DNA of 64,000 nt, from the NCBI GenBank assembly GCA_012295275.1, contig CM022677.1:15624001-15688000 (forward strand), given 5' to 3'. Position 1 is the stretch's first letter; every line of letters starts with the position of its first letter. This DNA comes from Chrysomallon squamiferum. Lineage: Eukaryota > Animalia > Mollusca. Shown here one piece after another: positions 16,678 through 29,204 of this stretch. The position numbers and the translations under genes were made by a program. The notes below the pieces were generated by a model. The model saw only the letters and a list, made by a program, of their open reading frames with translations. It was not told where the DNA came from and made no database searches.

Positions 16678-18487
16678 TCTGTATAAGGCATAACGTGAAA
16701 CTATTTTATCAAATATAATACAGATTATAGATCAAACAAGTAATATAATTAAATTTTGTATAAACCTTTTTCTTAATTGCAGTAGTTAATTAATGATATC
16801 ACATTTTTAATATTATTTATGCCTAGCTCCATACCCAAACTACACAGAGTTTCTGAATATATATTTATTTAAAGGTTTCATTTGAAACTGAGTTTGATGA
16901 TTGTGTATGAACATTAGAATTTCAGCTAATAATTTATTATACAAACTTCTTAAGAATGACTTGGATAATTTGACTGTGTTTAAAATCTGTGAATCTTAAA
17001 TTTTATTTATTTTTGATTTATTTTGATTATTATAAATGTTTTTCTGTTATTGTTATTAATTTATTTATATTTTTATAATTTTTTTTTTATCTTTATAAAC
17101 ACAATAATAATGGCATAATTATACTAGCTGAAAAACAAAATGTGAATTACAGATTTGTTTCTTGTTTCCACTGGGTTTCTGTTTTTATTTTTTTAATTAT
17201 TATTTTTTAGTTTCTTTTTGGATGTGTATTATTTTGAGATATGCGCTCTGTAATCCCTAGACTAAAATCATGCTGCGAAATTAGGTAAATTAAAAGGAAA
17301 ATAATCAGGGATTACTTAAGAAAGGAAACTATTTAAGATTTGCATAAACATATAAATAATCAATACATGATCATATATTTGAAATAAACATAATAAAGGT
17401 AAACTGATAAATTGAAAACTTTGCCAGTATAGTTGCCTGACAACTGTGGTGTGCTGATAAATGTTTTGTAAAGATAATGTAAATTTATGACAAACCACTG
17501 AGCAGAACAATAAAAAAAAGCTTTCCAGTGTTAATCAGTATGACTGTTTCTGATAAAAGATATGGCTATTTTGCTCTCACTCAGTTTATTTACATAAGAC
17601 TTACTTTATTTAATTCATTTTGTAAAAATAAACAGTGTGGATGGTGCCTTTGCAAGAAAATGATTTTGTAAACAAGCCTCAAAACTTTCTGTTACTACAC
17701 TGAATCTATACATAGACTTTTGTTGTTCTGTTTTCATTCTGGAGCATATTAATTATTTCATTTCTTTAAAATGCTGACATCAGCTTACCTCTAACACCAG
17801 AGGAAAAACGTTGAAGGTACATTTTGTACAATTTCAACTTTCCACCAAGTTCTTATAGTGAGATGTTTATTTTTAAGATTTCCATATATTAGTGGACAGT
17901 ATTGGCTGCATGTTATGATTTTGAAGAAACTCGCCAACAAAATTAAAAATATCGACAGTGTTTCAAATCATTAGTTCATGACTAGAAATGTTTTGAATAA
18001 ATTCTGATATTTGCTTTGCAAAACTTCTAAATTATCACTACGTAAGTAGATCCATTATTAAGTTTCACTTTATATTTCTTTATTTATTTATTTTAAAAGA
18101 ATTCAATTTAAAAAGGAAGAAAGACAGCAAGAAAGAATTCAACCAAAATATATTATATTCTCGAACTTTGAATTATTAATACATATTTTTGAAATATATA
18201 AAGTTCATCTTTCGAGCAATCTGCACAAAAATAAATAAGCATGCATGTCCAAATATGCAATGTTACTTACATGAGGATGCAAATCAAACAGATGTATTAA
18301 GAATATACGTTTATAAACGTTAAAACTGTCGTCTGCTTTTCGTACCGGATATTGGTACGAAACCTCCACAGTAACTTCCACCAAAAGATTACGAGCACAG
18401 CATGATTATTGTTGTCGTTATAATTAAGAAATAATAATAATAATAAAAATAAATAAATAAATTGAAAATAAAATAAATCAATAAACA

Positions 18488-18512
18488 ATAATAATAATAA
18501 TAATAATAATAA

Positions 18513-18572
<60 letters not shown>
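18488..18572. repeat. (AAT)n(AGT)n microsatellite
   Basis: Directly visible. Confidence 0.95.
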
Positions 18573-19903
18573 CACTGGTAGTAATCATACTAATTGTGGG
18601 ACTATACATTGTAGTGGTAGTGGTTGTAATAGTAGTTGTAGTAGTAGAACTAGTAGTAACAATTTTCATATTAGAAAATAAATGAATATGGAATTTTATT
18701 TTTACTTTTTATTTTATTTTATTTTATTTTATTTTTTAGACCATACGTTTATTGCATTCAGTAAAATGTTTTATCGCATCAATTTCTTGACTTTCACATT
18801 ACAATTGTGCGTGCGTCTGTGTCTGTGTGTGTGTGTGTGTGTGTTTCTGATAAGTAAATTATTAAACAATATTCCATTAATTTTTTTTTCTTTCTGTGGA
18901 GATCAAATACTGCCCCTCATAATGGATAAAATAACAATAATAATAACAATAATAATAATAATAATAATAAATCAATAAATAAATACATACATAAATAAAG
19001 AAAGAAAGAAAGAAAGAAAGAACAACAAAAGAAAGAAAAAATCTACCGATTGGATTAGCAGTATAATCACATATACGAGATCATATTTCGTGTTCCAAAA
19101 ACTATTTTCAGTGCATTGTGTATTTTAAGCTTAAAGTATGAAAAGAGTCCGTTTCGAAATTTTTTTTAAAATTATTTTATATTTTTTTAATACTTCTTTG
19201 TTAAATGTACATGTTTATTCCTTTGAAACTTCAGTATGACAGATGAAAAATAAATAAACTCTCAAATAATATGAAAGGTCATAATGCATCATACACTGTT
19301 ACCAATAGCAATACCAAGAACTAACCAACGTCTTCACTTTCGGAACTTTACAAATACACGAACAGACACTGGTTCTTTGTTGACAGAAAAAAATTAACCA
19401 CGAGAACTAGTTGTCAGGGGCATGTCTGTTATCAAACTAATGAAGCTTACGTTTCTAGGCTCCAAATCCCAGAATTGACTTTGCTCCATTTTTCCCAAAA
19501 TTTTAATCAATACCTTAGAATTGTCTAAATTTTTAAATCCTCTCATAGAACTGCAATATGAAATGATAAGAGTAGTTACCCCATAATTGTTCAGTCTTCA
19601 CGGCCTCAGAAATACAGGTCAGCTGGCGCTATTCTAAACAAAGGTTATTACAGATATAAGACGTTGTTGTCTTTAATTTGTTTCTTTGTTGTTCTTGTTT
19701 TTTTTCTTTGTTTAGTGAGATTTTTTATTTTATACTTTTATTTTTATTCATTTATGTTTTTTTTATTATTTTTTTTTTTTTTATTTTTTTTATTTATTTT
19801 TTTTTTTTGTCGGTTTTCACTGAGCAGAGAATCAATAGAAATTAATGTCCGTTAGTTTAATGTTTTACACTGTTGTCAACTTAGTTTATCCCAGAATATA
19901 ATT

Positions 19904-19907
<4 letters not shown>

Positions 19908-19960
<53 letters not shown>
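19908..19960 (+). repeat. Poly(A) run of 53 nt
   Basis: Directly visible; no retroelement body recognised upstream. Confidence 0.9.
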
Positions 19961-19962
<2 letters not shown>

Positions 19963-20249
19963 CACGGACCCTTGCTTAAAGATAATTTATATAATGAAAC
20001 AAAAACATTATTTCTGTTGTTTTAAAGTATCAGTTTTCTCCAAATTAAAATTATTCCGACTAAAATAATATTTAATATAAATGTCATATTATGCAAACAT
20101 TTGTCACAAGAATAATTTAATTAACTGTATATGTATCATTAATCTTATATTTTGCTATTCAGAGGTGCTTTAAACCATCATGGAACTCCATTTAAAGTTT
20201 GTTACAGATAGTATTTCTTCTCCGTCTTCTTCTTATTCTTCTTCTTCTT

Positions 20250-20359
20250 ATTATTATTATTATCATCATCATCACCATTATTACTACTATTACTACTACT
20301 ACTGCTACAACTAAGACTACTACTGCTACAACTAAGACTACTACTACTACCACAACTAC

Positions 20360-20425
<66 letters not shown>
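20250..20425. repeat. Compound (ATT)/(ACT) trinucleotide microsatellite
   Basis: Directly visible. Confidence 0.9.
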
Positions 20426-20943
20426 TGAAATGCATCGTAAAAGAAACATGCTGAAGATACAACCACTGTGTCTGCTGACATTCAAGTATTGGTTACACGA
20501 GAAAAACAACAACAAAACATAAAAAAATATCCAGAACCTGATGCTGAATACTGCTTTCCAATCCAACCACTCTGTTAACAAATTAAACGCTTCAGATAGG
20601 TATAAACTATTACTTCTGCGAATTGTCTAGAACAATGTCACACTAAATCATTTCTTGTCATCTTAATCGCATACCGCCTACGTTTTACCTAACAAAGTAC
20701 CTTACTAAACAGACAAAGCTTCACTTCAACAGTCTTTCGTTTCTGAACCAAACAAACAAAATTTAACTAGAAAATAACATATATTAATGTTCACCATGAC
20801 GATCAGTTTCAATAAAACCAAATAAGAGTAACATTTTAAATGGGTGACATCAGTTTTAAATAAAAAGTAGCCGGAATAGGTTTCACTTACACAAGCAAAA
20901 AGATGCATGCTACCGCATGTTTTCGTAATTAAACGTTCATCTC

Positions 20944-22491
20944 CTACTCGTATGAATTTATAGAGCATGGCCGTCTAAATATTTGTCCCTTCTCTCGAAT
21001 CCAGTAAGTTGATACCCATTTGGAACCGACAAGAACTGGACAAGCCACATGTCTTGTTTTGGTGTCTGGTTTGCCATTACGATATAAATTATACCAAAAT
21101 ACTGCTGAACCTTTTACAGGTAATATTTTTACACCAAGATAGGGGAAACCTGTTGCACCTCCTTCTTCTACGTTACTCATGTAGATTAAACATGTGGCAA
21201 TTCGGTTTCCTTCCGTCGAATTACTTTCAGTGTCATCCATGTAGTCTCTATGAAGTTTATGGAACCCACCTATTCCATAGTTTGCAACCTGCAACATTTC
21301 CGAGCTTTTCATCGATAGACCTGTGATCGCTTCAACTCTTTTCTGGATTTTCAAATCGACGGTTGTCTCGGTCGAAAATAGAAACACACTTTTTATAATT
21401 CTCAGTCTCGAAATTAACCTTTTCCCATCAATAATTACATGACCTTTTTCTAAACGTGGATTAGAGACTGTTTTAGTTTCCTCAATTTCTCTGTCGCTGA
21501 CAATATCGTGATAGACAACTAGTGGTGGTGAAATATGAAGAATCTCCTATTTGGCTGGCTTCAAACCTAGGAACGGATGTTTATTATTATTATTATTGTA
21601 GTAACATTTCAGCTTGTCTTTATTTCGAATTTTAATTTCTTCTTTACCACGACATAGAGAAGTGTAAATCATATGTTCTTCAGACTTGATTTTTTGGCCA
21701 TTTGTTTTCTTCTTACCGTTTAGAAATTCTGTATATTTTATCCTTCTGTCGACTGCTTTCTGGAGATAAGGATCTGAATGTAATTGTTCATTTGTAAGTT
21801 TCAAGGCTTCTGTTATGTCTCCTTCCATTCCATTACTGCATATTCAATAATTTCTAGCCGAGACACACTTTGAATTTTTTCAGTTCTTTCTTTATTAAGA
21901 GCTATTTCCATCCAAATATATAAATATCGATACTCTGTTAAATTGTAGGCTAGCAGGCCTAGATGATAACAGTCTTCTGAAGATAAAACATGTATATATC
22001 GTTCATTAATAAAACCCTCTGCCAATCTTGTCGCATTTAATTTGTACGTGTCTTGAAGACGAAACAGTGCTGTAGCTACACATTCCAAGTCTTCGTAATT
22101 ACGAAGATTTTCACGTATCTCCTTTATTTTAAATGTACATAATTCAGACTTCATTCCCAGAGTCACAGGTGCTACTTCTTGATCCCAGTCCAAAAAGATG
22201 GCGATTCCAGTTTATAGCAAAACATTTAACAAATAAAAACGCACCAGTTGGATTGAAAATATAACGTACTGAGTCTTCTCTCGCCTTCCAACTGTGTTCT
22301 TCTATGTTATCCGAAATTATGTTAAGTTTTCTCTATTTCTTTCCTTCAGCAAATGTACGTGTTAATTTTTTTATAGTTATTGCCAAATCTCTTTCAGCAT
22401 GTAGTGCGTTATACACATGTGATGTCGACAGAAAGAGATGTGAGTTCGCGACTCCCATCATCAACAACAACGTGAGAAAGTTCTGATACAT
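20944..22491 (-). pseudogene. P4HA: Prolyl 4-hydroxylase alpha subunit, intronless, copy 1 (pseudogene)
   Basis: ATG at 22491 (MYQNFLTLLLMMGVANSH); TAG at 22333-22335 where copies 2 and 3 have TGG; indel near 22200; frameshift near 21830; TAG at 21547-21549; ORF pieces 21813-22193, 21547-21828 and 20944-21387 align to the intact copies. Confidence 0.95.
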
Positions 22492-24284
22492 CTCTCTTCT
22501 TTAGAATATAATTGTTTTGGTGAACTGTTCGGATACTTGTCAGAGCAGAATACATTAAGGAAGTGTTCTTTATGAGTAAACGAAGCAACCCATATTTTAG
22601 ATGTGTTTTCAAAGGTTTTTGTTTCAAGTAACATAACTAACGATAAAATTATTACTTTGAAATTAATTTTATCGCTGAAAAACCTGATACATAATAACCT
22701 AATGAAGAAAGCTAAGAAAAATTAAGAATAATAAAATACTTATATAAAAAAGCAATAACATTTGAGAAGAAGAATTAAAATCATCGGTGTATATGTCTGT
22801 ATTGTTTCTTTACTGGTGTACAATCGTTATCATTATTTTTCAATTACCTTTTTATCTGTTCTATACTTCTCACTTATAATGATGTTTTTAAAATATAGTT
22901 ACTTTTGTAAAATGATTCAACGACTGAATGTGTAATGAGGATACTCAACTTAATTTTTCTTTATGTATCATGTATAGAGTTATACGAGTTTCAAAGTAAA
23001 AAAAACAAACAAACAAAATAACAAACAAAAAACAAACAAAAAGAAAACGTAAAAATAAAAAACGGGACCATTGAAAATCAGAACAGGACCAGTGCGACAT
23101 AAAAATAATAATGAATATTCATGGCTGTAGTCATAAAACCAACATTGAGGTTAACATTACTTTTCTACGATGTCCCTGGTAATACGGCGTTTTATGCGCA
23201 ATCACGTAAAACACGATTTTCTGTGTTTATGTGTGGCGAAGATAGAAAATCTCGTTTTTCTTTAACAGAAACCCCGATTATCTATGAAACTGTGTTTCAT
23301 TAGATACATTTCGTTTTTCTGTATTTCAATCAGAGAAAAGATAAAATAACGACAAATACTAAATAAATAGGTATTCATAATTTTAATCAGTAAATAAACT
23401 GACAAGCGAATAGAGCTTCGATTCCACGGTTTTCTGTTACGTCCGCAAGAATTTTATATCTACGGGCTTCGACGTTTGATTTACAAGTTGAAGTCCTGGT
23501 TTGGGAAGCGGCAAGGAGGTCAAAGAGGAATAATTTGAAATTTTGCTTTGATAAACATTTTGCAGCGATTAAATGCTTTACTCCAGTGTTGTATTTTTAT
23601 TACCAATCATTAGCTAGTCAGTCAATTTGTTCTTCTTTCTTTTATTTTTGTCTATTTATTATTATTTTATTTTATTTTATTTTTTTATTAATTAATTAAT
23701 TTATTTATTATTATTATTAGTAGTAGTATTTCTACAAGAGTTAGGTAGCACAGCTCTAAGAAAAGTTACTGTAATTATATTATAAATACAACATTTCTAA
23801 GGTACAAGTTCTAAAACATATTCGGTGCCAAGATTTTATTTATTGTTTAGTAGAAACCAGTGATGGACATGAGTTTCAGAAAGAAGGGTAAACTGTGGTC
23901 TATGAGTCTGAGGTTGGGGTTGACAGGGCACAGACTTTAGAAATCCTTGTAAGTCACTGTCTTATAACAAATGTGAAACAAAATTAAAACTGTTAGATCA
24001 CATTTATATTGTTTTTACTTTATTTATTTATTATTTATTTATTTATTAATAGTTTTTTTTTTAATAATAGTGTGAAAATAACTAAGATCGATCTTCAGGA
24101 ATTTATGGGTTTCTCGAATCTAGATAAATGCCTCAGTATCTCTGTCCAGTATTCTGGAGAAATTTGGCAGATAACTTAATTGTCATTAACATGGTGTTTA
24201 TGCATGGTTAGACTAATAAGAGATTCTCATCTGTGATTTACATCAATCCACAACTTACGCTTAAAAATAATTAGTTTCCGACAA

Positions 24285-25583
24285 TTATTCGTAGTTAAAG
24301 CTACTTCTGGCAATCCTGTTTCCTTCGGTCGAAATAATTTTACTATCATCGATGTAGTCATTATGAAGTTCGTAATACCCTCCTATTCCATAGTTTGCCA
24401 CCTGCAGAAATTCTGAGTATTTCATGGATAGTCCTGTGATGGCTTCGACTCTTTTCTGGATTTTCAAATCTGAATTTGTCTGATACGGTGACAGAAATAC
24501 GTTTTCGCTAATTCTGAATTTCGAAACTGAGCTTTTGCCATCAGCGTGAACAAGAGACCTTTTCAAAAGTGGATTAGAGACTGTTTTAATTTCCTCTATC
24601 TCCCTCTCGCTGACAATATCATGATAGACGATTATTGTTGGTGAAATATGAAGAATCTCATCTTTCGCTGGTTGTAAAACCAGGAACGGATGGTTGTTAT
24701 TACTGTAGTAACATTTCAACTTGTGTTTATTTCGAATTTTAAATTTTTCTTTACCACGACATATAGAAGGGTAAATCATATTTTCTTGAGACTTCATTTC
24801 TTGCCCTATTGTTTCCTTTTTACTGTTTCGAAATGCTGTGTATTTTGTCCTTGTCTCGGATGCTTTCTGGAGATAACGATTTAAATATAATTGTTCGTTT
24901 GTAAGTTTCAGTACTTCTTTTATGTCTCCTTCCATTTCTCTACCGTAAATTGCATATTCAAGAAGTTCTAACCGAGAAACATTTTCAGTGTTTTCAGTTC
25001 TTTCTTTATTAAGAGCTATTTCCATCCAAATATACAAATGGCGATAATCTGTTAAATTGTAGGCTAGCAGGCCTAGATGATAACAGTCTTCTGAAGATAA
25101 AGCATGTATATATCGTTCTGTAATAAAACCCTCTGCCAGTCTTGTAGCATTTAATTTGTACGTGTCTTGAAGACGAAAGCTAGCTGCAGCTACACCTTCC
25201 AAGTCTTCGTAATTAGGAAGATGTTTACGTATCTCGTTTATTTTAAGTGTATGTAATTCAGACGTGTTTCTTAAAATTACAGGTGCTACTTCTCGATCCC
25301 AGTCCAAAGTAAAACGTTTAACAAATAAAAACGCACCAGTTGGATTGAAAATATAACGTACTGGGTCTTCCCTTGCCTTCCAGCTGTGTTCTTCAATGTT
25401 ATCTGAAATTGTATTCAGTTTTCTCCATGTGTTTTCTACAGCAGTTGTACGTGCTAGTTTTCTTATAGTTATTACTATATCTCTTTCATCGTGTAGTGCG
25501 TTGTACAGATGTGATGTCGATGAAAAGAGATTTGAGTTCGCGATTGGAATCAGCAATAACAAAATCAGAAAGTTGTGATACAT
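24285..25583 (-). CDS. P4HA: Prolyl 4-hydroxylase alpha subunit, intronless, copy 2, C-terminally truncated (432 aa)
   Basis: Open ORF with signal peptide, N-domain, TPR-like peptide-binding region and QVANYGIGGYYELHND; ends GNRIARSSFNYE and lacks the distal His/Lys motif (H..CPVL.GSKW). Confidence 0.9.
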   Translation of the reverse strand: MYHNFLILLLLIPIANSNLFSSTSHLYNALHDERDIVITIRKLARTTAVENTWRKLNTISDNIEEHSWKAREDPVRYIFNPTGAFLFVKRFTLDWDREVAPVILRNTSELHTLKINEIRKHLPNYEDLEGVAAASFRLQDTYKLNATRLAEGFITERYIHALSSEDCYHLGLLAYNLTDYRHLYIWMEIALNKERTENTENVSRLELLEYAIYGREMEGDIKEVLKLTNEQLYLNRYLQKASETRTKYTAFRNSKKETIGQEMKSQENMIYPSICRGKEKFKIRNKHKLKCYYSNNNHPFLVLQPAKDEILHISPTIIVYHDIVSEREIEEIKTVSNPLLKRSLVHADGKSSVSKFRISENVFLSPYQTNSDLKIQKRVEAITGLSMKYSEFLQVANYGIGGYYELHNDYIDDSKIISTEGNRIARSSFNYE

Positions 25584-25894
25584 ATCTCTTCCTTTTAGAA
25601 TATAATTATTTTGGTGAATTGTTTAGAGCAGAATGCAATGAAACGATGAAACAAGTCGTATTTCCATATGTGTTTTCAAAGTGCGTTCTTTTTCACTTAC
25701 ATAAATGACGACGAAAGTATTACTTTAAAATTAATTTTATTGCTGGAAAACCTGTTACAGTAGTAACGCAATTAAACAAATTAAGACACATTAATGATAA
25801 TAACGTGCGAAGAAGTCTGTTTTTTTTCCAGGATTTTTTATTTCTAGAAGTCGGATAAACGATCCTGTACCCTGTTAGAGAAACTCGTCAGAGA

Positions 25895-26440
25895 ACCTCC
25901 TATGTTCGACTGGCATCATCAACAACAACATGAGAATGTTCTCGACATAATTCTTCTTTTAGTACTTAAATATTTTGGTGAATTGTCGAGATACGTTTTA
26001 GAGCAGTATACTTAAAGGAAGTGCTTTTAATTAAGCAATGAAGCAACCCATATTTTAGATGTGTTTTCAAAGTCTTTTGTTTTGAACTAACATAAGTAAC
26101 AATGAAAATATTACTTTTAAATTCATTTTATAGGTGAAAAAACCGATACAGTAATAGCGTTATTAAGAACAAAAATTAATAGAGAAATGAGGCTGATCAT
26201 ATTTGTACATTCAAAAGTAATAATAATGGAAAGGAAAAAAGTAAATTATGGGTCTATTGTTTCTCTGTTCCATTACAATCATTATTATTATTTTTTAAAT
26301 TATATTTTTGTTCTTTACTAATTTCAATCTAGTTTTGACTTAAAATGTTGTTTCCAAAATATGGTGACTTTTGTAAAATGATCGAACTATTGAATGTATA
26401 ATGTGGATATATAACTTACGTTTTCCTTATGTATCATGAG
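25895..26440 (-). pseudogene. P4HA 5' stub (degenerate signal-peptide codons plus upstream region)
   Basis: Minus strand reads ...atgtcgagaacattctcatgttgttgttgatgatgccagtcgaac at about 25905-25950; 25950-26440 resembles 22491-22980 (e.g. gaagcaacccatattttagatgtgttttcaaa). Confidence 0.75.
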
Positions 26441-26730
26441 TAAAAAATACAGAAAACCAACAAAACAAAACAAAACAAACAAACAATGGGAGCACTGGAT
26501 GTTAGAATATGACCAGTGTTATAGATTTAAAGATACTAATGAATATTCATGTTATGAAAAGTATTTTAAGTACATATTCAGCCTCGCAGCTCTGCGTCTT
26601 ATTCGGAATATTGGAGAAGAACACAGATGCAGAATCAACTTATAAAGATAGAAGATTTAAAATATGCTCTGCTACCAAGATGTGGTCACAGGTCGGTTAT
26701 CGGATTCATTAGCAGACTGTGTCTAAAAAA

Positions 26731-26858
<128 letters not shown>

Positions 26859-27147
26859 GCAATAACTAAAACACACTAAGTTGGATTACAATTCTAAAAT
26901 AATTCTTATTTGATCTCGTTTTCGAGTTTTAATTCTTTATTACTTTATTACTTGTCATTGCATCAGATGTCTCAGTAATAAAATTAACTTACAAATATAT
27001 TAATTTTTTTTAGTTCACTCATATCAATTCAGAGAAATACAATACCTTGAAAACACATCTGCATTCGATCCATTTTAGTAAAGCATTCAACTCTAAAAAA
27101 AAGTATTTGAAATTTCAGCAAAACAATATTATTCTATACCAAGAGAC

Positions 27148-28677
27148 ATGTATCAGAACTTTCTCACGTTGTTGTTGATGATGTCAGTAGCGAACTCACA
27201 TCTCTTTTTGTCGACATCACATCTGTATAACGCACTACACGCTGAAAGAAATTTGGCAATAACTATAAGGAAATTAGCACGTACAATTGCTGAAGAAAAC
27301 AAATGGAGAAAACTAAACACAATATCAGAGAAAATGGAAGAACACAGCTGGAATGCAAGAGAAGACCCAGTACGTTATATTTTCAATCCAATTGGTGCGT
27401 TTTTATTTGTTAAATGTTTTACTTTGGACTGGGATCGAGAAGTAGCACCTGTAATTTTAGGAATCATGTCTGAATTACATACACTTAAAATAGACAACAT
27501 GCGCAAAAATCTTCCTAACTACGAAGACTTGGAAGGCGTAGCTGCAGCTATGTTTCGTCTTCAAGACACATACACATTAAACGCGACAAGATTGGCAGAG
27601 GGTTTTATTAATGAACGATATATACATGCTTTATCTTCAGAAGACTGTTATCATCTAGGCCTGCTAGCCTACAATTTAACAGAGTATCGATATTTATATA
27701 TTTGGATGGAAATAGCCCTTAATAAAGAAAGAAATGGAAAGATTCAAAGTGTTTCTAGGCTAGAAATTCTTGAATATGCAACATTCGGTAGAGAAATGGA
27801 AGGAGACATAAAAGAAGCCTTGAAACTTACAAATGAACAATTACATTTAGATCCTTATCTCCAGAAAGCACTCGACAGAAGAACAAAATATACAGAATTT
27901 CTAAACGGTAAGAAGAAAACAAATGGCCAAAAAATCAAATCTCAAGAAGATATGATTTACACTTCTCTATGTCGTGGTAAAGAAGAAATTAAAATTCGAA
28001 ATAAAGACAAGCTGAAATGTTACTACAATAATAATAATAAACATCCGTTCCTAGTTTTGAAGCCAGCCAAAGAGGAGATTCTTCATATTTCACCACCACT
28101 AGTTGTCTATCACGATATTGTCAGCGACAGAGAAATTGAGGAAATTAAAACAGTCTCTAATCCACGTTTAGAAAAAGGTCATGTAATTATTGATGGGAAA
28201 AGGTTAATTTCGAGACTGAGAATTATAAAAAGTGTGTTTCTATTTTCGACCGAGACAGCCGCCGATTTGAAAATCCAGAAAAGAGTTGAAGCGATCACAG
28301 GTCTATCGATGAAAAGCTCGGAAATGTTGCAGGTTGCAAACTATGGAATAGGTGGGTTCCATAAACTTCATAGAGACTACATGGATGACACTGAAAGTAA
28401 TTCGACGGAAGGAAACCGAATTGCCACATGTTTAATCTACATGAGTAACGTAGAAGAAGGAGGTGCAACAGTTTTCCCCTATCTTGGCGTAAGAATATTA
28501 CCTGAAAAAGGTGCAGCAGCCTTTTGGTATAATTTATATCGTAATGGCAAACCAGACACCAAAACAAGACATGCGGCTTGTCCAGTTCTTGTCGGTTCCA
28601 AATGGGTATCAACTTACTGGATTCGAGAGAAGGGACAAATATTTAGACGACCATGCTCCACATATTCACACGAGTAA
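27148..28677 (+). CDS. P4HA: Prolyl 4-hydroxylase alpha subunit, intronless, copy 3 (509 aa, intact)
   Basis: Signal peptide; NPIGAFLFVK..TLDW; RLQDTY.L; DCYHLG..AY; LQVANYGIGG..HRD (HxD iron ligands); GNRIAT.LIYMSNVEEGGATVFP; TRHAACPVLVGSKW (distal His and 2-oxoglutarate Lys); FRRPC. Confidence 0.97.
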   Translation: MYQNFLTLLLMMSVANSHLFLSTSHLYNALHAERNLAITIRKLARTIAEENKWRKLNTISEKMEEHSWNAREDPVRYIFNPIGAFLFVKCFTLDWDREVAPVILGIMSELHTLKIDNMRKNLPNYEDLEGVAAAMFRLQDTYTLNATRLAEGFINERYIHALSSEDCYHLGLLAYNLTEYRYLYIWMEIALNKERNGKIQSVSRLEILEYATFGREMEGDIKEALKLTNEQLHLDPYLQKALDRRTKYTEFLNGKKKTNGQKIKSQEDMIYTSLCRGKEEIKIRNKDKLKCYYNNNNKHPFLVLKPAKEEILHISPPLVVYHDIVSDREIEEIKTVSNPRLEKGHVIIDGKRLISRLRIIKSVFLFSTETAADLKIQKRVEAITGLSMKSSEMLQVANYGIGGFHKLHRDYMDDTESNSTEGNRIATCLIYMSNVEEGGATVFPYLGVRILPEKGAAAFWYNLYRNGKPDTKTRHAACPVLVGSKWVSTYWIREKGQIFRRPCSTYSHE

Positions 28678-28816
28678 GACATGAAATTTTAACAAATAAA
28701 ACATGTGCTAACTTTCTTGTTTGTTTCCTCTGTATATTAAACTCATTCCAGCTATACAAGTATTTGCTTTTTATTTAAAATTTATGTGACTTATTTAATA
28801 TGTTAGTAATATTGAG

Positions 28817-28826
28817 GCTATATAAA
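28817..28826 (+). promoter_or_regulatory. Candidate TATA box upstream of P4HA copy 4
   Basis: gctatataaagg about 385 nt upstream of the ATG and about 190 nt upstream of the conserved acceptor-like CAG; AT-rich background weakens the call. Confidence 0.25.
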
Positions 28827-29204
28827 GGATACGAATTTTCTGTTAAAAAACCTTGACATTTAAGAAAAATGTTTTAGCGATAGTAATTTTAAAACAGCAG
28901 AACAGGAAAGAAGCTGTACACCCAGATAAAGCGATAATTTATATTTCACTGGTTTAATTTTCCACCTTATTATTGTTAATTTCTCTTTTCTTAATTACAT
29001 GTCTACTCTTCCAGGTTTTTCGGCAATAAAATTAATTTTAAAGTGTTATTTTTGTCGTCACTTACGTTAGTTCAAAGAAAACTCTTTGATAACACACCTG
29101 GAACAACAATTTGTTTTATTGCTTCATTACATTCACTTTCCTTAAGTATTTTGCTTTGAAGAGTATCTGGATAATTAACAAAATTATATTCTAAAACAAG
29201 AGAT

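Noticed and set aside
18307-18362. Small palindromes (acgtttataaacgt; tttcgtacc-ggatatt-ggtacgaaa) as a terminator or Helitron end
   Set aside because: Isolated, no CTRR end at the expected spacing, and compatible with chance
19908-19960. Poly(A) tail of the P4HA retroposition
   Set aside because: Wrong strand for the adjacent minus-strand copy (it would appear as poly-T) and about 1 kb away
23121-23303. Duplicated 60-aa ORF (also 32381..32563) as a small gene
   Set aside because: It lies inside the recent inverted duplication, so identity is expected; no recognisable domain
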